Shown here one piece after another: positions 1-14,200 of a stretch of 64,000 nucleotides of DNA. Numbering within the stretch: the stretch's first letter is position 1; the number at the start of each line of letters is the position of its first letter. Both the position numbers and the translations under genes were made by a program. The DNA is from the human T2T-CHM13v2.0 reference genome, Homo sapiens, in assembly GCF_009914755.1 (NCBI RefSeq), contig NC_060934.1. The stretch is one strand, 5' to 3'. The notes below the pieces were generated by a model. That model ran no database searches, was not told where the DNA came from, and saw nothing but the letters and a program-made list of their open reading frames with translations.

Positions 1-185
1 AAGCGCTCCTAGGCCTATGGCAGAAAAGGAAATATCTTCGTATAAAAACTACACAGAATCATTCTCAACAACTACTTTGTGATGTGAGCGTTCAACTCAC
101 AGAGTTTAACCTTTCTTTTCATAGAGCACTTTGGAAAGACTCTGTCTGTAAAGTCTGCAAGTGCTTATTTGGACTTCTTTGAGGC

Positions 186-202
186 CTTCGTTGGAAACGG
201 GA
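186..202 (+). promoter_or_regulatory. Canonical CENP-B box (repeated in each 14-mer)
   Basis: CTTCGTTGGAAACGGGA matches NTTCGNNNNANNCGGGN. Confidence 0.95.
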
Positions 203-524
203 TTTCTTCATATAACGCTGGACAGAAGAATTCTCATTTACTTCTTTGTGTTGTGTGCATTCAACTCACAGAGTTGAAACTTTCTTTAGAGAGAGCAGAT
301 TTGAAACACCCTTTCTGTGGAGTTTGCTAGTGCAGATTTCAAACGCTTCGAGGACAATGGTAGAAAAGGATATATCTTCGTATTAAAACTAGACAAAATC
401 ATTCTCAGAATACACTTTGTGATGTGTGTGTTCCACTTACAGAGTTTAACCTTTCTTTAATCGAGCAGTTTGGAAACACTCTCTTTGTAAAGTCTCCAAG
501 TGGATAATTGGCCCTCTTTGAGCC

Positions 525-541
525 CTTCGTTGGAAACGGGA
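525..541 (+). promoter_or_regulatory. Canonical CENP-B box (repeated in each 14-mer)
   Basis: CTTCGTTGGAAACGGGA. Confidence 0.95.
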
Positions 542-864
542 TTTCCTCATATAATTCTAGACAGAAGAATTCTCAGTAACTTCTTTGTGTTGTTTGTATT
601 CAACTCACAGATTTCAACCTTCCTTTAGAGAGAGCAGATTTGAAACACTCTTTTGTTGGTATTTGCAAGTGCAGATTAAAAGCGCTTCTAGGCCTATGGC
701 AGAAAAGGAAATATCTTCGTATAAAAACTACACAGAATCATTCTCAACAACTACTTTGTGATGTGTGTGTTCAACTCACAGAGTTTAACCTTTCTTTTCA
801 TAGAGCAGTTTGGAAACACTCTGTTTGTAATGTCTGCAAGTGCATATTTGGACTTCTTTGAGGC

Positions 865-881
865 CTTCGTTGGAAACGGGA
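865..881 (+). promoter_or_regulatory. Canonical CENP-B box (repeated in each 14-mer; mutated to CTTCTTTGG in the copy at 3240)
   Basis: CTTCGTTGGAAACGGGA. Confidence 0.95.
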
Positions 882-1203
882 TTTCTTCATATAATGCTTG
901 ACAGAAGAATTCTCAGTCACTTCTTTGTGTTGTGGTATTCAAGTCACAGAGTTGAAACTTCCTTTAGACAGAGCAGTTTTGAAAATCTCTTTCTGTGGAA
1001 TTTGCAAGTGGAGATTTCAAGCGATTTGAGGCCAATCTTTGAAATGGAAATATCTTCGTGTAAAAACTACACAGAATCATTCTCAGGAACTACTTTCTGA
1101 TGTGTGCGTTCAACACACGGAGTTTAACCTTTCTTTTCATAGAGCAGTTTGGAAACACTCTGTTTGTAAAGTCTGCAAGTGCTTATTTGGACCTCTTTGA
1201 GGC

Positions 1204-1220
1204 CTTCGTTGGAAACGTGA
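1204..1220 (+). promoter_or_regulatory. Degenerate CENP-B box (fixed in the 14-mer)
   Basis: CTTCGTTGGAAACGTGA; core CGGG changed to CGTG. Confidence 0.85.
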
Positions 1221-1543
1221 TTTCTTCATATAATGCTAGACAGAAGAATTATCAGTCACTTCTTTGTGTTGTGTGTATTCAAGTCACAGAGTTAAACCTT
1301 CCTTTAGACAGAGCAGTTTTGAAAAACTCTTTCTGTGGAATTTGCAAGTGGAGATTTCAAGCGATTTGAGGCCAATCTTTGAAATGGAAATCTCTTCGTG
1401 TAAAAACTACACAGAATCATTCTCAGAAACTGCTTTGTGATGTCTGCGTTCAGCTTACAGAGTTTCACCTTTCTTTTTATAGAGCAGTTTGGAAAGACTC
1501 TGTCTGTAAAGTCTGCAAGTGAATACTTGGACCCCTTTGTGTA

Positions 1544-1560
1544 CTTCGTTGGAAGAGGGA
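1544..1560 (+). promoter_or_regulatory. Degenerate CENP-B box (fixed in the 14-mer)
   Basis: CTTCGTTGGAAGAGGGA; core CGGG changed to AGGG. Confidence 0.85.
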
Positions 1561-1881
1561 TTTTTTCATTTACTGCTAGACAGAAGAATTCTCAGTAAAT
1601 CCTTTGTGTTGTGTGAATTCAACTCACAGAGTTGAACCTTCCTTTATTCAGAGCAGTTTTGAAACACTCTTTTTGTGGAATTTCCAGGTGGAGATTTCAA
1701 GAGATTTGACGCCTATCTTAGACATGGAAATATCTTCGTATTAAAACTACAGAGTCATTCGCAGAAACTAGTTTGTGATGTGTGCCTTCAACTCACAGAG
1801 TTTAACCTTTCTTTTCATAGAGCAGTCTGGAAACACTCTGTTTGTAAAGTCTGCAAGTGGATATTTGGACCTCTTTGAGGA

Positions 1882-1898
1882 CTCAGTTGGAAACGGGA
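1882..1898 (+). promoter_or_regulatory. Degenerate CENP-B box (fixed in the 14-mer)
   Basis: CTCAGTTGGAAACGGGA; core TTCG changed to TCAG. Confidence 0.85.
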
Positions 1899-2220
1899 TT
1901 TCTTCATATAACGCTAGACAGAAGAATTCTCATTAACTTCTTTGTGTTGTGTGCATTCAACTCACAGAGTTGAAACTTTCTTTAGAGAGAGCAGATTTGA
2001 AACACTCTTTCTGTGGAATTTGCTAGTGCAGATATCAAACGCTTCGAGGACAATGGCAGAAAAGGTTATATCTTCATATTAAAATTAGACAAAATCATTC
2101 TCAGAATACACTTTGTGATGTGTGTGTTCAACTCACAGAGTTTAACATTCCTTTAATCGAGCAGTTAGGAAACACTCTTTTTGTAAAGTCTGCAAGTGGA
2201 TAATTGGCCGTCTTTGAGCC

Positions 2221-2237
2221 CTTCGCTGGAAACGGGA
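2221..2237 (+). promoter_or_regulatory. Variant CENP-B box with intact core
   Basis: CTTCGCTGGAAACGGGA; the change is at a non-essential position. Confidence 0.85.
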
Positions 2238-5200
2238 TTTCCTCATACAATGCTAGACGGAAGAATTCTCAGTAACTTCTTCGTGTTGTTTGTATTCAAC
2301 TCAGAGATTTGAACCTTCCTTTGGAGAGAGCAGATTTGAAAAACTCTTTTTTTGGTATTTGCAAGTACAGATTTCAAGCGCTCCTAGGCCTATGGCAGAA
2401 AAGGAAATATCTTCGTATAAAAACTACACAGAATCATTCTCAACAACTACTTTGTGATGTGAGCGTTCAACTCACAGAGTTTAACCTTTCTTTTCATAGA
2501 GCACTTTGGAAAGACTCTGTCTGTAAAGTCTGCAAGTGCTTATTTGGACTTCTTTGAGGCCTTCGTTGGAAACGGGATTTCTTCATATAACGCTGGACAG
2601 AAGAATTCTCATTTACTTCTTTGTGTTGTGTGCATTCAACTCACAGAGTTGAAACTTTCTTTAGAGAGAGCAGATTTGAAACACCCTTTCTGTGGAGTTT
2701 GCTATTGCAGATTTCAAACGCTTCGAGGACAATGGTAGAAAAGGATATATCTTCGTATTAAAACTAGACAAAATCATTCTCAGAATACACTTTGTGATGT
2801 GTGTGTTCCACTTACAGAGTTTAACCTTTCTTTAATCGAGCAGTTTGGAAACACTCTCTTTGTAAAGTCTCCAAGTGGATAATTGGCCCTCTTTGAGCCC
2901 TTCGTTGGAAACGGGATTTCCTCATATAATTCTAGACAGAAGAATTCTCAGTAACTTCTTTGTGTTGTTTGTATTCAACTCACAGATTTCAACCTTCCTT
3001 TAGAGAGAGCAGATTTGAAACACTCTTTTTTTGGTATTTGCAAGTGCAGATTCCAAGCGCTTCTAGGCCTATGGCAGAAAAGGAAATATCTTCGTATAAA
3101 AACTACACAGAATCATTCTCAACAACTACTTTGTGATGTGTGTGTTCAACTCACAGAGTTTAACCTTTCTTTTCATAGAGCAGTTTGGAAACACTCTGTT
3201 TGTAATGTCTGCAAGTGCATATTTGGACTTCTTTGAGGCCTTCTTTGGAAACGGGATTTCTTCATATAATGCTTGACAGAAGAATTCTCAGTCACTTCTT
3301 TGTGTTGTGGTATTCAAGTCACAGAGTTGAAACTTCCTTTAGACAGAGCAGTTTTGAAAATCTCTTTCTGTGGAATTTGCAAGTGGAGATTTCAAGCGAT
3401 TTGAGGCCAATCTTTGAAATGGAAATATCTTCGTGTAAAAACTACACAGAATCATTCTCAGGAACTACTTTCTGATGTGTGCGTTCAACACACGGAGTTT
3501 AACCTTTCTTTTCATAGAGCAGTTTGGAAACACTCTGTTTGTAAAGTCTGCAAGTGCTTATTTGGACCTCTTTGAGGCCTTCGTTGGAAACGTGATTTCT
3601 TCATATAATGCTAGACAGAAGAATTATCAGTCACTTCTTTGTGTTGTGTGTATTCAAGTCACAGAGTTAAACCTTCCTTTAGACAGAGCAGTTTTGAAAA
3701 ACTCTTTCTGTGGAATTTGCAAGTGGAGATTTCAAGCGATTTGAGGCCAATCTTTGAAATGGAAATCTCTTCGTGTAAAAACTACACAGAATCATTCTCA
3801 GAAACTGCTTTGTGATGTCTGCGTTCAGCTTACAGAGTTTCACCTTTCTTTTTATAGAGCAGTTTGGAAAGACTCTGTCTGTAAAGTCTGCAAGTGAATA
3901 CTTGGACCCCTTTGTGTACTTCGTTGGAAGAGGGATTTTTTCATTTACTGCTAGACAGAAGAATTCTCAGTAAATCCTTTGTGTTGTGTGAATTCAACTC
4001 ACAGAGTTGAACCTTCCTTTATTCAGAGCAGTTTTGAAACACTCTTTTTGTGGAATTTCCAGGTGGAGATTTCAAGAGATTTGACGCCTATCTTAGACAT
4101 GGAAATATCTTCGTATTAAAACTACAGAGTCATTCGCAGAAACTAGTTTGTGATGTGTGCCTTCAACTCACAGAGTTTAACCTTTCTTTTCATAGAGCAG
4201 TCTGGAAACACTCTGTTTGTAAAGTCTGCAAGTGGATATTTGGACCTCTTTGAGGACTCAGTTGGAAACGGGATTTCTTCATATAACGCTAGACAGAAGA
4301 ATTCTCATTAACTTCTTTGTGTTGTGTGCATTCAACTCACAGAGTTGAAACTTTCTTTAGAGAGAGCAGATTTGAAACACTCTTTCTGTGGAATTTGCTA
4401 GTGCAGATATCAAACGCTTCGAGGACAATGGCAGAAAAGGTTATATCTTCATATTAAAATTAGACAAAATCATTCTCAGAATACACTTTGTGATGTGTGT
4501 GTTCAACTCACAGAGTTTAACATTCCTTTAATCGAGCAGTTAGGAAACACTCTTTTTGTAAAGTCTGCAAGTGGATAATTGGCCGTCTTTGAGCCCTTCG
4601 CTGGAAACGGGATTTCCTCATACAATGCTAGACGGAAGAATTCTCAGTAACTTCTTCGTGTTGTTTGTATTCAACTCAGAGATTTGAACCTTCCTTTCGA
4701 GAGAGCAGATTTGAAAAACTCTTTTTTTGGTATTTGCAAGTACAGATTTCAAGCGCTCCTAGGCCTATGGCAGAAAAGGAAATATCTTCGTATAAAAACT
4801 ACACAGAATCATTCTCAACAACTACTTTGTGATGTGAGCGTTCAACTCACAGAGTTTAACCTTTCTTTTCATAGAGCACTTTGGAAAGACTCTGTCTGTA
4901 AAGTCTGCAAGTGCTTATTTGGACTTCTTTGAGGCCTTCGTTGGAAACGGGATTTCTTCATATAACGCTGGACAGAAGAATTCTCATTTACTTCTTTGTG
5001 TTGTGTGCATTCAACTCACAGAGTTGAAACTTTCTTTAGAGAGAGCAGATTTGAAACACCCTTTCTGTGGAGTTTGCTAGTGCAGATTTCAAACGCTTCG
5101 AGGACAATGGTAGAAAAGGATATATCTTCGTATTAAAACTAGACAAAATCATTCTCAGAATACACTTTGTGATGTGTGTGTTCCACTTACAGAGTTTAAC

Positions 5201-8200
5201 CTTTCTTTAATCGAGCAGTTTGGAAACACTCTCTTTGTAAAGTCTCCAAGTGGATAATTGGCCCTCTTTGAGCCCTTCGTTGGAAACGGGATTTCCTCAT
5301 ATAATTCTAGACAGAAGAATTCTCAGTAACTTCTTTGTGTTGTTTGTATTCAACTCACAGATTTCAACCTTCCTTTAGAGAGAGCAGATTTGAAACACTC
5401 TTTTTTTGGTATTTGCAAGTGCAGATTCCAAGCGCTTCTAGGCCTATGGCAGAAAAGGAAATATCTTCGTATAAAAACTACACAGAATCATTCTCAACAA
5501 CTACTTTGTGATGTGTGTGTTCAACTCACAGAGTTTAACCTTTCTTTTCATAGAGCAGTTTGGAAACACTCTGTTTGTAATGTCTGCAAGTGCATATTTG
5601 GACTTCTTTGAGGCCTTCGTTGGAAACGGGATTTCTTCATACAATGCTTGACAGAAGAATTCTCAGTCATTTCTTTGTGTTGTGGTATTCAAGTCACAGA
5701 GTTGAAACTTCCTTTAGACAGAGCAGTTTTGAAAATCTCTTTCTGTGGAATTTGCAAGTGTAGATTACAAGCGATTTGAGGCCAATCTTTGAAATGGAAA
5801 TATCTTCGTGTAAAAACTACACAGAATCATTCTCAGGAACTGCTTTCTGATGTGTGCGTTCAACACACGGAGTTTAACCTTTCTTTTCATAGAGCAGTTT
5901 GGAAACACTCTGTTTGTAAAGTCTGCAAGTGCATATTTGAACCTCTTTGAGGCCTTCGTTGGAAACGTGATTTCTTCATATAATGCTAGACAGAAGAATT
6001 ATCAGTCACTTCTTTGTGTTGTGTGTATTCAAGTCACAGAGTTGAACCTTCCTTTAGACAGAGCAGTTTTGAAAAACTCTTTCTGTGGAATTTGCAAGTG
6101 GAGATTTCAAGCGATTTGAGGCCAATCTTTGAAATGGAAATCTCTTCGTGTAAAAACTACACAGAATCATTCTCAGAAACTGCTTTGTGATGTCTGCGTT
6201 CAGCTTACAGAGTTTCACCTTTCTTTTTATAGAGCAGTTTGGAAAGACTCTGTCTGTAAAGTCTGCAAGTGAATACTTGGACCCCTTTGTGTACTTCGTT
6301 GGAAGAGGGATTTTTTCATTTACTGCTAGACAGAAGAATTCTCAGTAAATCCTTTGTGTTGTGTGAATTCAACTCACAGAGTTGAACCTTCCTTTATTCA
6401 GAGCAGTTTTGAAACACTCTTTTTGTGGAATTTCCAGGTGGAGATTTCAAGAGATTTGACGCCTATCTTAGACATGGAAATATCTTCGTATTAAAACTAC
6501 AGAGTCATTCGCAGAAACTAGTTTGTGATGTGTGCCTTCAACTCACAGAGTTTAACCTTTCTTTTCATAGAGCAGTCTGGAAACACTCTGTTTGTAAAGT
6601 CTGCAAGTGGATATTTGGACCTCTTTGAGGACTCAGTTGGAAACGGGATTTCTTCATATAACGCTAGACAGAAGAATTCTCATTAACTTCTTTGTGTTGT
6701 GTGCATTCAACTCACAGAGTTGAAACTTTCTTTAGAGAGAGCAGATTTGAAACACTCTTTCTGTGGAATTTGGTAGTGCAGATATCAAACGCTTCGAGGA
6801 CAATGGCAGAAAAGGTTATATCTTCATATTAAAATTAGACAAAATCATTCTCAGAATACACTTTGTGATGTGTGTGTTCAACTCACAGAGTTTAACCTTC
6901 CTTTAATCGAGCAGTTAGGAAACACTCTTTTTGTAAAGTCTGCAAGTGGATAATTGGCCGTCTTTGAGCCCTTCGCTGGAAACGGGATTTCCTCATATAA
7001 TGCTAGACCGAAGAATTCTCAGTAACTTCTTCGTGTTGTTTGTATTCAACTCACAGATTTCAACCTTCCTTTGGAGAGAGCAGATTTGAAAAACTCTTTT
7101 TTTGGTATTTGCAAGTATAGATTTCAAGCGCTCCTAGGCCTATGGCAGAAAAGGAAATATCTTCGTATAAAAACTACACAGAATCATTCTCAACAACTAC
7201 TTTGTGATGTGAGCGTTCAACTCACAGAGTTTAACCTTTCTTTTCATAGAGCACTTTGGAAAGACTCTGTCTGTAAAGTCTGCAAGTGCTTATTTGGACT
7301 TCTTTGAGGCCTTCGTTGGAAACGGGATTTCTTCATATAACGCTGGACAGAAGAATTCTCATTTACTTCTTTGTGTTGTGTGCATTCAACTCACAGAGTT
7401 GAAACTTTCTTTAGAGAGAGCAGATTTGAAACACCCTTTCTGTGGAGTTTGCTAGTGCAGATTTCAAACGCTTCGAGGACAATGGTAGAAAAGGATATAT
7501 CTTCGTATTAAAACTAGACAAAATCATTCTCAGAATACACTTTGTGATGTGTGTGTTCCACTTACAGAGTTTAACCTTTATTTAATCGAGCAGTTTGGAA
7601 ACACTCTCTTTGTAAAGTCTCCAAGTGGATAATTGGCCCTCTTTGAGCCCTTCGTTGGAAACGGGATTTCCTCATATAATGCTAGACAGAAGAATTCTCA
7701 GTAACTTCTTTGTGTTGTTTGTATTCAACTCACAGATTTCAACCTTCCTTTAGAGAGAGCAGATTTGAAACACTCTTTTTTTTGGTATTTGCAAGTGCAG
7801 ATTCCAAGCGCTTCTAGGCCTATGGCAGAAAAGGAAATATCTTCGTATAAAAACTACACAGAATCATTCTCAACAACTACTTTGTGATGTGTGCGTTCAA
7901 CTCACAGAGTTTAACCTTTCTTTTCATAGAGCAGTTTGGAAACACTCTGTTTGTAATGTCTGCAAGTGCATATTTGGACTTCTTTGAGGCCTTCGTTGGA
8001 AACGGGATTTCTTCATATAATGCTTGACAGAAGAATTCTCAGTCACATCTTTGTGTTGTGGTATTCAAGTCACAGAGTTGAAACTTGCTTTAGACAGAGC
8101 AGTTTTGAAAATCTCTTTCTGTGGAATTTGCAAGTGGAGATTTCAAGCCATTTGAGGCCAATCTTTGAAATGGAAATATCTTCGTGTAAAAACTACACAG

Positions 8201-11200
8201 AATCATTCTCAGGAACTACTTTCTGATGTGTGCGTTCAACACACGGAGTTTAACCGTTCTTTTCATAGAGCAGTTTGGAAACACTCTGTTTGTAAAGTCT
8301 GCAAGTGCATATTTGGACCTCTTTGAGGCCTTCGTTGGAAACGTGATTTCTTCATATAATGCTAGACAGAAGAATTATCAGTCACTTCTTTGTGTTGTGT
8401 GTATTCAAGTCACAGAGTTGAACCTTCCTTTAGACAGAGCAGTTTTGAAAAACTCTTTCTGTGGAATTTGCAAGTGGAGATTTCAAGCGATTTGAGGCCA
8501 ATCTTTGAAATGGAAATCTCTTCGTGTAAAAACTACACAGAATCATTCTCAGAAACTGCTTTGTGATGTCTGCGTTCAGCTTACAGAGTTTCACCTTTCT
8601 TTTTATAGAACAGTTTGGAAAGACTCTGTCTGTAAAGTCTGCAAGTGAATACTTGGACCCCTTTGTGTACTTCGTTGGAAGAGGGATTTTTTCATTTACT
8701 GCTAGACAGAAGAATTCTCAGTAAATCCTTTGTGTTGTGTGAATTCAACTCACAGAGTTGAACCTTCCTTTATTCAGAGCAGTTTTGAAACACTCTTTTT
8801 GTGGAATTTCCAGGTGGAGATTTCAAGAGATTTGACGCCTATCTTAGACATGGAAATATCTTCGTATTAAAACTACAGAGTCATTCGCAGAAACTAGTTT
8901 GTGATGTGTGCCTTCAACTCACAGAGTTTAACCTTTCTTTTCATAGAGCAGTCTGGAAACACTCTGTTTGTAAAGTCTGCAAGTGGATATTTGGACCTCT
9001 TTGAGGACTCAGTTGGAAACGGGATTTCTTCACATAACGCTAGACAGAAGAATTCTCATTAACTTCTTTGTGTTGTGTGCATTCAACTCACAGAGTTGAA
9101 ACTTTCTTTAGAGAGAGCAGATTTGAAACACTCTTTCTGTGGAATTTGCTAGTGCAGATATCAAACGCTTCGAGGACGATGGCAGAAAAGGTTATATCTT
9201 CATATTAAAATTAGACAAAATCATTCTCAGAATACACTTTGTGATGTGTGTGTTCAACTCACAGAGTTTAACATTCCTTTAATCGAGCAGTTAGGAAACA
9301 CTCTTTTTGTAAAGTCTGCAAGTGGATAATTGGCCGTCTTTGAGCCCTTCGCTGGAAACGGGATTTCCTCATACAATGCTAGACCGAAGAATTCTCAGTA
9401 ACTTCTTCGTGTTGTTTGTATTCAACTCAGAGATTTGAACCTTCCTTTGGAGAGAGCAGATTTGAAAAACTCTTTTTTTGGTATTTGCAAGTACAGATTT
9501 CAAGCGCTCCTAGGCCTATGGCAGAAAAGGAAATATCTTCGTATAAAAACTACACAGAATCATTCTCAACAACTACTTTGTGATGTGAGCGTTCAACTCA
9601 CAGAGTTTAACCTTTCTTTTCATAGAGCACTTTGGAAAGACTCTGTCTGTAAAGTCTGCAAGTGCTTATTTGGACTTCTTTGAGGCCTTCGTTGGAAACG
9701 GGATTTCTTCATATAACGCTGGACAGAAGAATTCTCATTTACTTCTTTGTGTTGTGTGCATTCAACTCACAGAGTTGAAACTTTCTTTAGAGAGAGCAGA
9801 TTTGAAACACCCTTTCTGTGGAGTTTGCTAGTGCAGATTTCAAACGCTTCGAGGACAATGGTAGAAAAGGATATATCTTCGTATTAAAACTAGACAAAAT
9901 CATTCTCAGAATACACTTTGTGATGTGTGTGTTCCACTTACAGAGTTTAACCTTTCTTTAATCGAGCAGTTTGGAAACACTCTCTTTGTAAAGTCTCCAA
10001 GTGGATAATTGGCCCTCTTTGAGCCCTTCGTTGGAAACGGGATTTCCTCATATAATTCTAGACAGAAGAATTCTCAGTAACTTCTTTGTGTTGTTTGTAT
10101 TCAACTCACAGATTTCAACCTTCCTTTAGAGAGAGCAGATTTGAAACACTCTTTTTTTGGTATTTGCAAGTGCAGATTCCAAGCGCTTCTAGGCCTATGG
10201 CAGAAAAGGAAATATCTTCGTATAAAAACTACACAGAATCATTCTCAACAACTACTTTGTGATGTGTGTGTTCAACTCACAGAGTTTAACCTTTCTTTTC
10301 ATAGAGCAGTTTGGAAACACTCTGTTTGTAATGTCTGCAAGTGCATATTTGGACTTCTTTGAGGCCTTCGTTGGAAACGGGATTTCTTCATACAATGCTT
10401 GACAGAAGAATTCTCAGTCACTTCTTTGTGTTGTGGTATTCAAGTCACAGAGTTGAAACTTCCTTTAGACAGAGCAGTTTTGAAAATCTCTTTCTGTGGA
10501 ATTTGCAAGTGGAGATTTCAAGCGATTTGAGGCCAATCTTTGAAATGGAAATATCTTCGTGTAAAAACTACACAGAATCATTCTCAGGAACTGCTTTCTG
10601 ATGTGTGCGTTCAACACACGGAGTTTAACCTTTCTTTTCATAGAGCAGTTTGGAAACACTCTGTTTGTAAAGTCTGCAAGTGCATATTTGGACCTCTTTG
10701 AGGCCTTCGTTGGAAACGTGATTTCTTCATATAATGCTAGACAGAAGAATTATCAGTCACTTCTTTGTGTTGTGTGTATTCAAGTCACAGAGTTGAACCT
10801 TCCTTTAGACAGAGCAGTTTTGAAAAACTCTTTCTGTGGAATTTGCAAGTGGAGATTTCAAGCGATTTGAGGCCAATCTTTGAAATGGAAATCTCTTCGT
10901 GTAAAAACTACACAGAATCATTCTCAGAAACTGCTTTGTGATGTCTGCGTTCAGCTTACAGAGTTTCACCTTTCTTTTTATAGAGCAGTTTGGAAAGACT
11001 CTGTCTGTAAAGTCTGCAAGTGAATACTTGGACCCCTTTGTGTACTTCGTTGGAAGAGGGATTTTTTCATTTACTGCTAGACAGAAGAATTCTCAGTAAA
11101 TCCTTTGTGTTGTGTGAATTCAACTCACAGAGTTGAACCTTCCTTTATTCAGAGCAGCTTTGAAACACTCTTTTTGTGGAATTTCCAGGTGGAGATTTCA

Positions 11201-14200
11201 AGAGATTTGACGCCTATCTTAGACATGGAAATATCTTCGTATTAAAACTACAGAGTCATTCGCAGAAACTAGTTTGTGATGTGTGCCTTCAACTCACAGA
11301 GTTTAACCTTTCTTTTCATAGAGCAGTCTGGAAACACTCTGTTTGTAAAGTCTGCAAGTGGATATTTGGACCTCTTTGAGGACTCAGTTGGAAACGGGAT
11401 TTCTTCATATAACGCTAGACAGAAGAATTCTCATTAACTTCTTTGTGTTGTGTGCATTCAACTCACAGAGTTGAAACTTTCTTTAGAGAGAGCAGATTTG
11501 AAACACTCTTTCTGTGGAATTTGCTAGTGCAGATATCAAACGCTTCGAGGACGATGGCAGAAAAGGTTATATCTTCATATTAAAATTAGACAAAATCATT
11601 CTCAGAATACACTTTGTGATGTGTGTGTTCAACTCACAGAGTTTAACATTCCTTTAATCGAGCAGTTAGGAAACACTCTTTTTGTAAAGTCTGCAAGTGG
11701 ATAATTGGCCGTCTTTAAGCCCTTCGCTGGAAACGGGATTTCCTCATACAATGCTAGACCGAAGAATTCTCAGTAACTTCTTCGTGTTGTTTGTATTCAA
11801 CTCAGAGATTTGAACCTTCCTTTGGAGAGAGCAGATTTGAAAAACTCTTTTTTTGGTATTTGCAAGTACAGATTTCAAGCGCTCCTAGGCCTATGGCAGA
11901 AAAGGAAATATCTTCGTATAAAAACTACACAGAATCATTCTCAACAACTACTTTGTGATGTGAGCGTTCAACTCACAGAGTTTAACCTTTCTTTTCATAG
12001 AGCACTTTGGAAAGACTCTGTCTGTAAAGTCTGCAAGTGCTTATTTGGACTTCTTTGAGGCCTTCGTTGGAAACGGGATTTCTTCATATAACGCTGGACA
12101 GAAGAATTCTCATTTACTTCTTTGTGTTGTGTGCATTCAACTCACAGAGTTGAAACTTTCTTTAGAGAGAGCAGATTTGAAACACCCTTTCTGTGGAGTT
12201 TGCTAGTGCAGATTTCAAACGCTTCGAGGACAATGGTAGAAAAGGATATATCTTCGTATTAAAACTAGACAAAATCATTCTCAGAATACACTTTGTGATG
12301 TGTGTGTTCCACTTACAGAGTTTAACCTTTCTTTAATCGAGCAGTTAGGAAACACTCTCTTTGTAAAGTCTCCAAGTGGATAATTGGCCCTCTTTGAGCC
12401 CTTCGTTGGAAACGGGATTTCCTCATATAATTCTAGACAGAAGAATTCTCAGTAACTTCTTTGTGTTGTTTGTATTCAACTCACAGATTTCAACCTTCCT
12501 TTAGAGAGAGCAGATTTGAAACACTCTTTTTTTGGTATTTGCAAGTGCAGATTCCAAGCGCTTCTAGGCCTATGGCAGAAAAGGAAATATCTTCGTATAA
12601 AAACTACACAGAATCATTCTCAACAACTACTTTGTGATGTGTGTGTTCAACTCACAGAGTTTAACCTTTCTTTTCATAGAGCAGTTTGGAAACACTCTGT
12701 TTGTAATGTCTGCAAGTGCATATTTGGACTTCTTTGAGGCCTTCGTTGGAAACGGGATTTCTTCATACAATGCTTGACAGAAGAATTCTCAGTCACTTCT
12801 TTGTGTTGTGGTATTCAAGTCACAGAGTTGAAACTTCCTTTAGACAGAGCAGTTTTGAAAATCTCTTTCTGTGGAATTTGCAAGTGGAGATTTCAAGCGA
12901 TTTGAGGCCAATCTTTGAAATGGAAATATCTTCGTGTAAAAACTACACAGAATCATTCTCAGGAACTGCTTTCTGATGTGTGCGTTCAACACACGGAGTT
13001 TAACCTTTCTTTTCATAGAGCAGTTTGGAAACACTCTGTTTGTAAAGTCTGCAAGTGCATATTTGGACCTCTTTGAGGCCTTCGTTGGAAACGTGATTTC
13101 TTCATATAATGCTAGACAGAAGAATTATCAGTCACTTCTTTGTGTTGTGTGTATTCAAGTCACAGAGTTGAACCTTCCTTTAGACAGAGCAGTTTTGAAA
13201 AACTCTTTCTGTGGAATTTGCAAGTGGAGATTTCAAGCGATTTGAGGCCAATCTTTGAAATGGAAATCTCTTCGTGTAAAAACTACACAGAATCATTCTC
13301 AGAAACTGCTTTGTGATGTCTGCGTTCAGCTTACAGAGTTTCACCTTTCTTTTTATAGAGCAGTTTGGAAAGACTCTGTCTGTAAAGTCTGCAAGTGAAT
13401 ACTTGGACCCCTTTGTGTACTTCGTTGGAAGAGGGATTTTTTCATTTACTGCTAGACAGAAGAATTCTCAGTAAATCCTTTGTGTTGTGTGAATTCAACT
13501 CACAGAGTTGAACCTTCCTTTATTCAGAGCAGTTTTGAAACACTCTTTTTGTGGAATTTCCAGGTGGAGATTTCAAGAGATTTGACGCCTATCTTAGACA
13601 TGGAAATATCTTCGTATTAAAACTACAGAGTCATTCGCAGAAACTAGTTTGTGATGTGTGCCTTCAACTCACAGAGTTTAACCTTTCTTTTCATAGAGCA
13701 GTCTGGAAACACTCTGTTTGTAAAGTCTGCAAGTGGATATTTGGACCTCTTTGAGGACTCAGTTGGAAACGGGATTTCTTCATATAACGCTAGACAGAAG
13801 AATTCTCATTAACTTCTTTGTGTTGTGTGCATTCAACTCACAGAGTTGAAACTTTCTTTAGAGAGAGCAGATTTGAAACACTCTTTCTGTGGAATTTGCT
13901 AGTGCAGATATCAAACGCTTCGAGGACAATGGCAGAAAAGGTTATATCTTCATATTAAAATTAGACAAAATCATTCTCAGAATACACTTTGTGATGTGTG
14001 TGTTCAACTCACAGAGTTTAACCTTCCTTTAATCGAGCAGTTAGGAAACACTCTTTTTGTAAAGTCTGCAAGTGGATAATTGGCCGTCTTTGAGCCCTTC
14101 GCTGGAAACGGGATTTCCTCATATAATGCTAGACCGAAGAATTCTCAGTAACTTCTTCGTGTTGTTTGTATTCAACTCACAGATTTCAACCTTCCTTTGG

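Noticed and set aside
8-17. Short palindromes (CCTAGG/AGGCCT, AAGCGCTT, AGAATTCT) as terminators or cruciform elements
   Set aside because: They are too short and are ordinary features of alphoid monomers. There is no sequence evidence of function.
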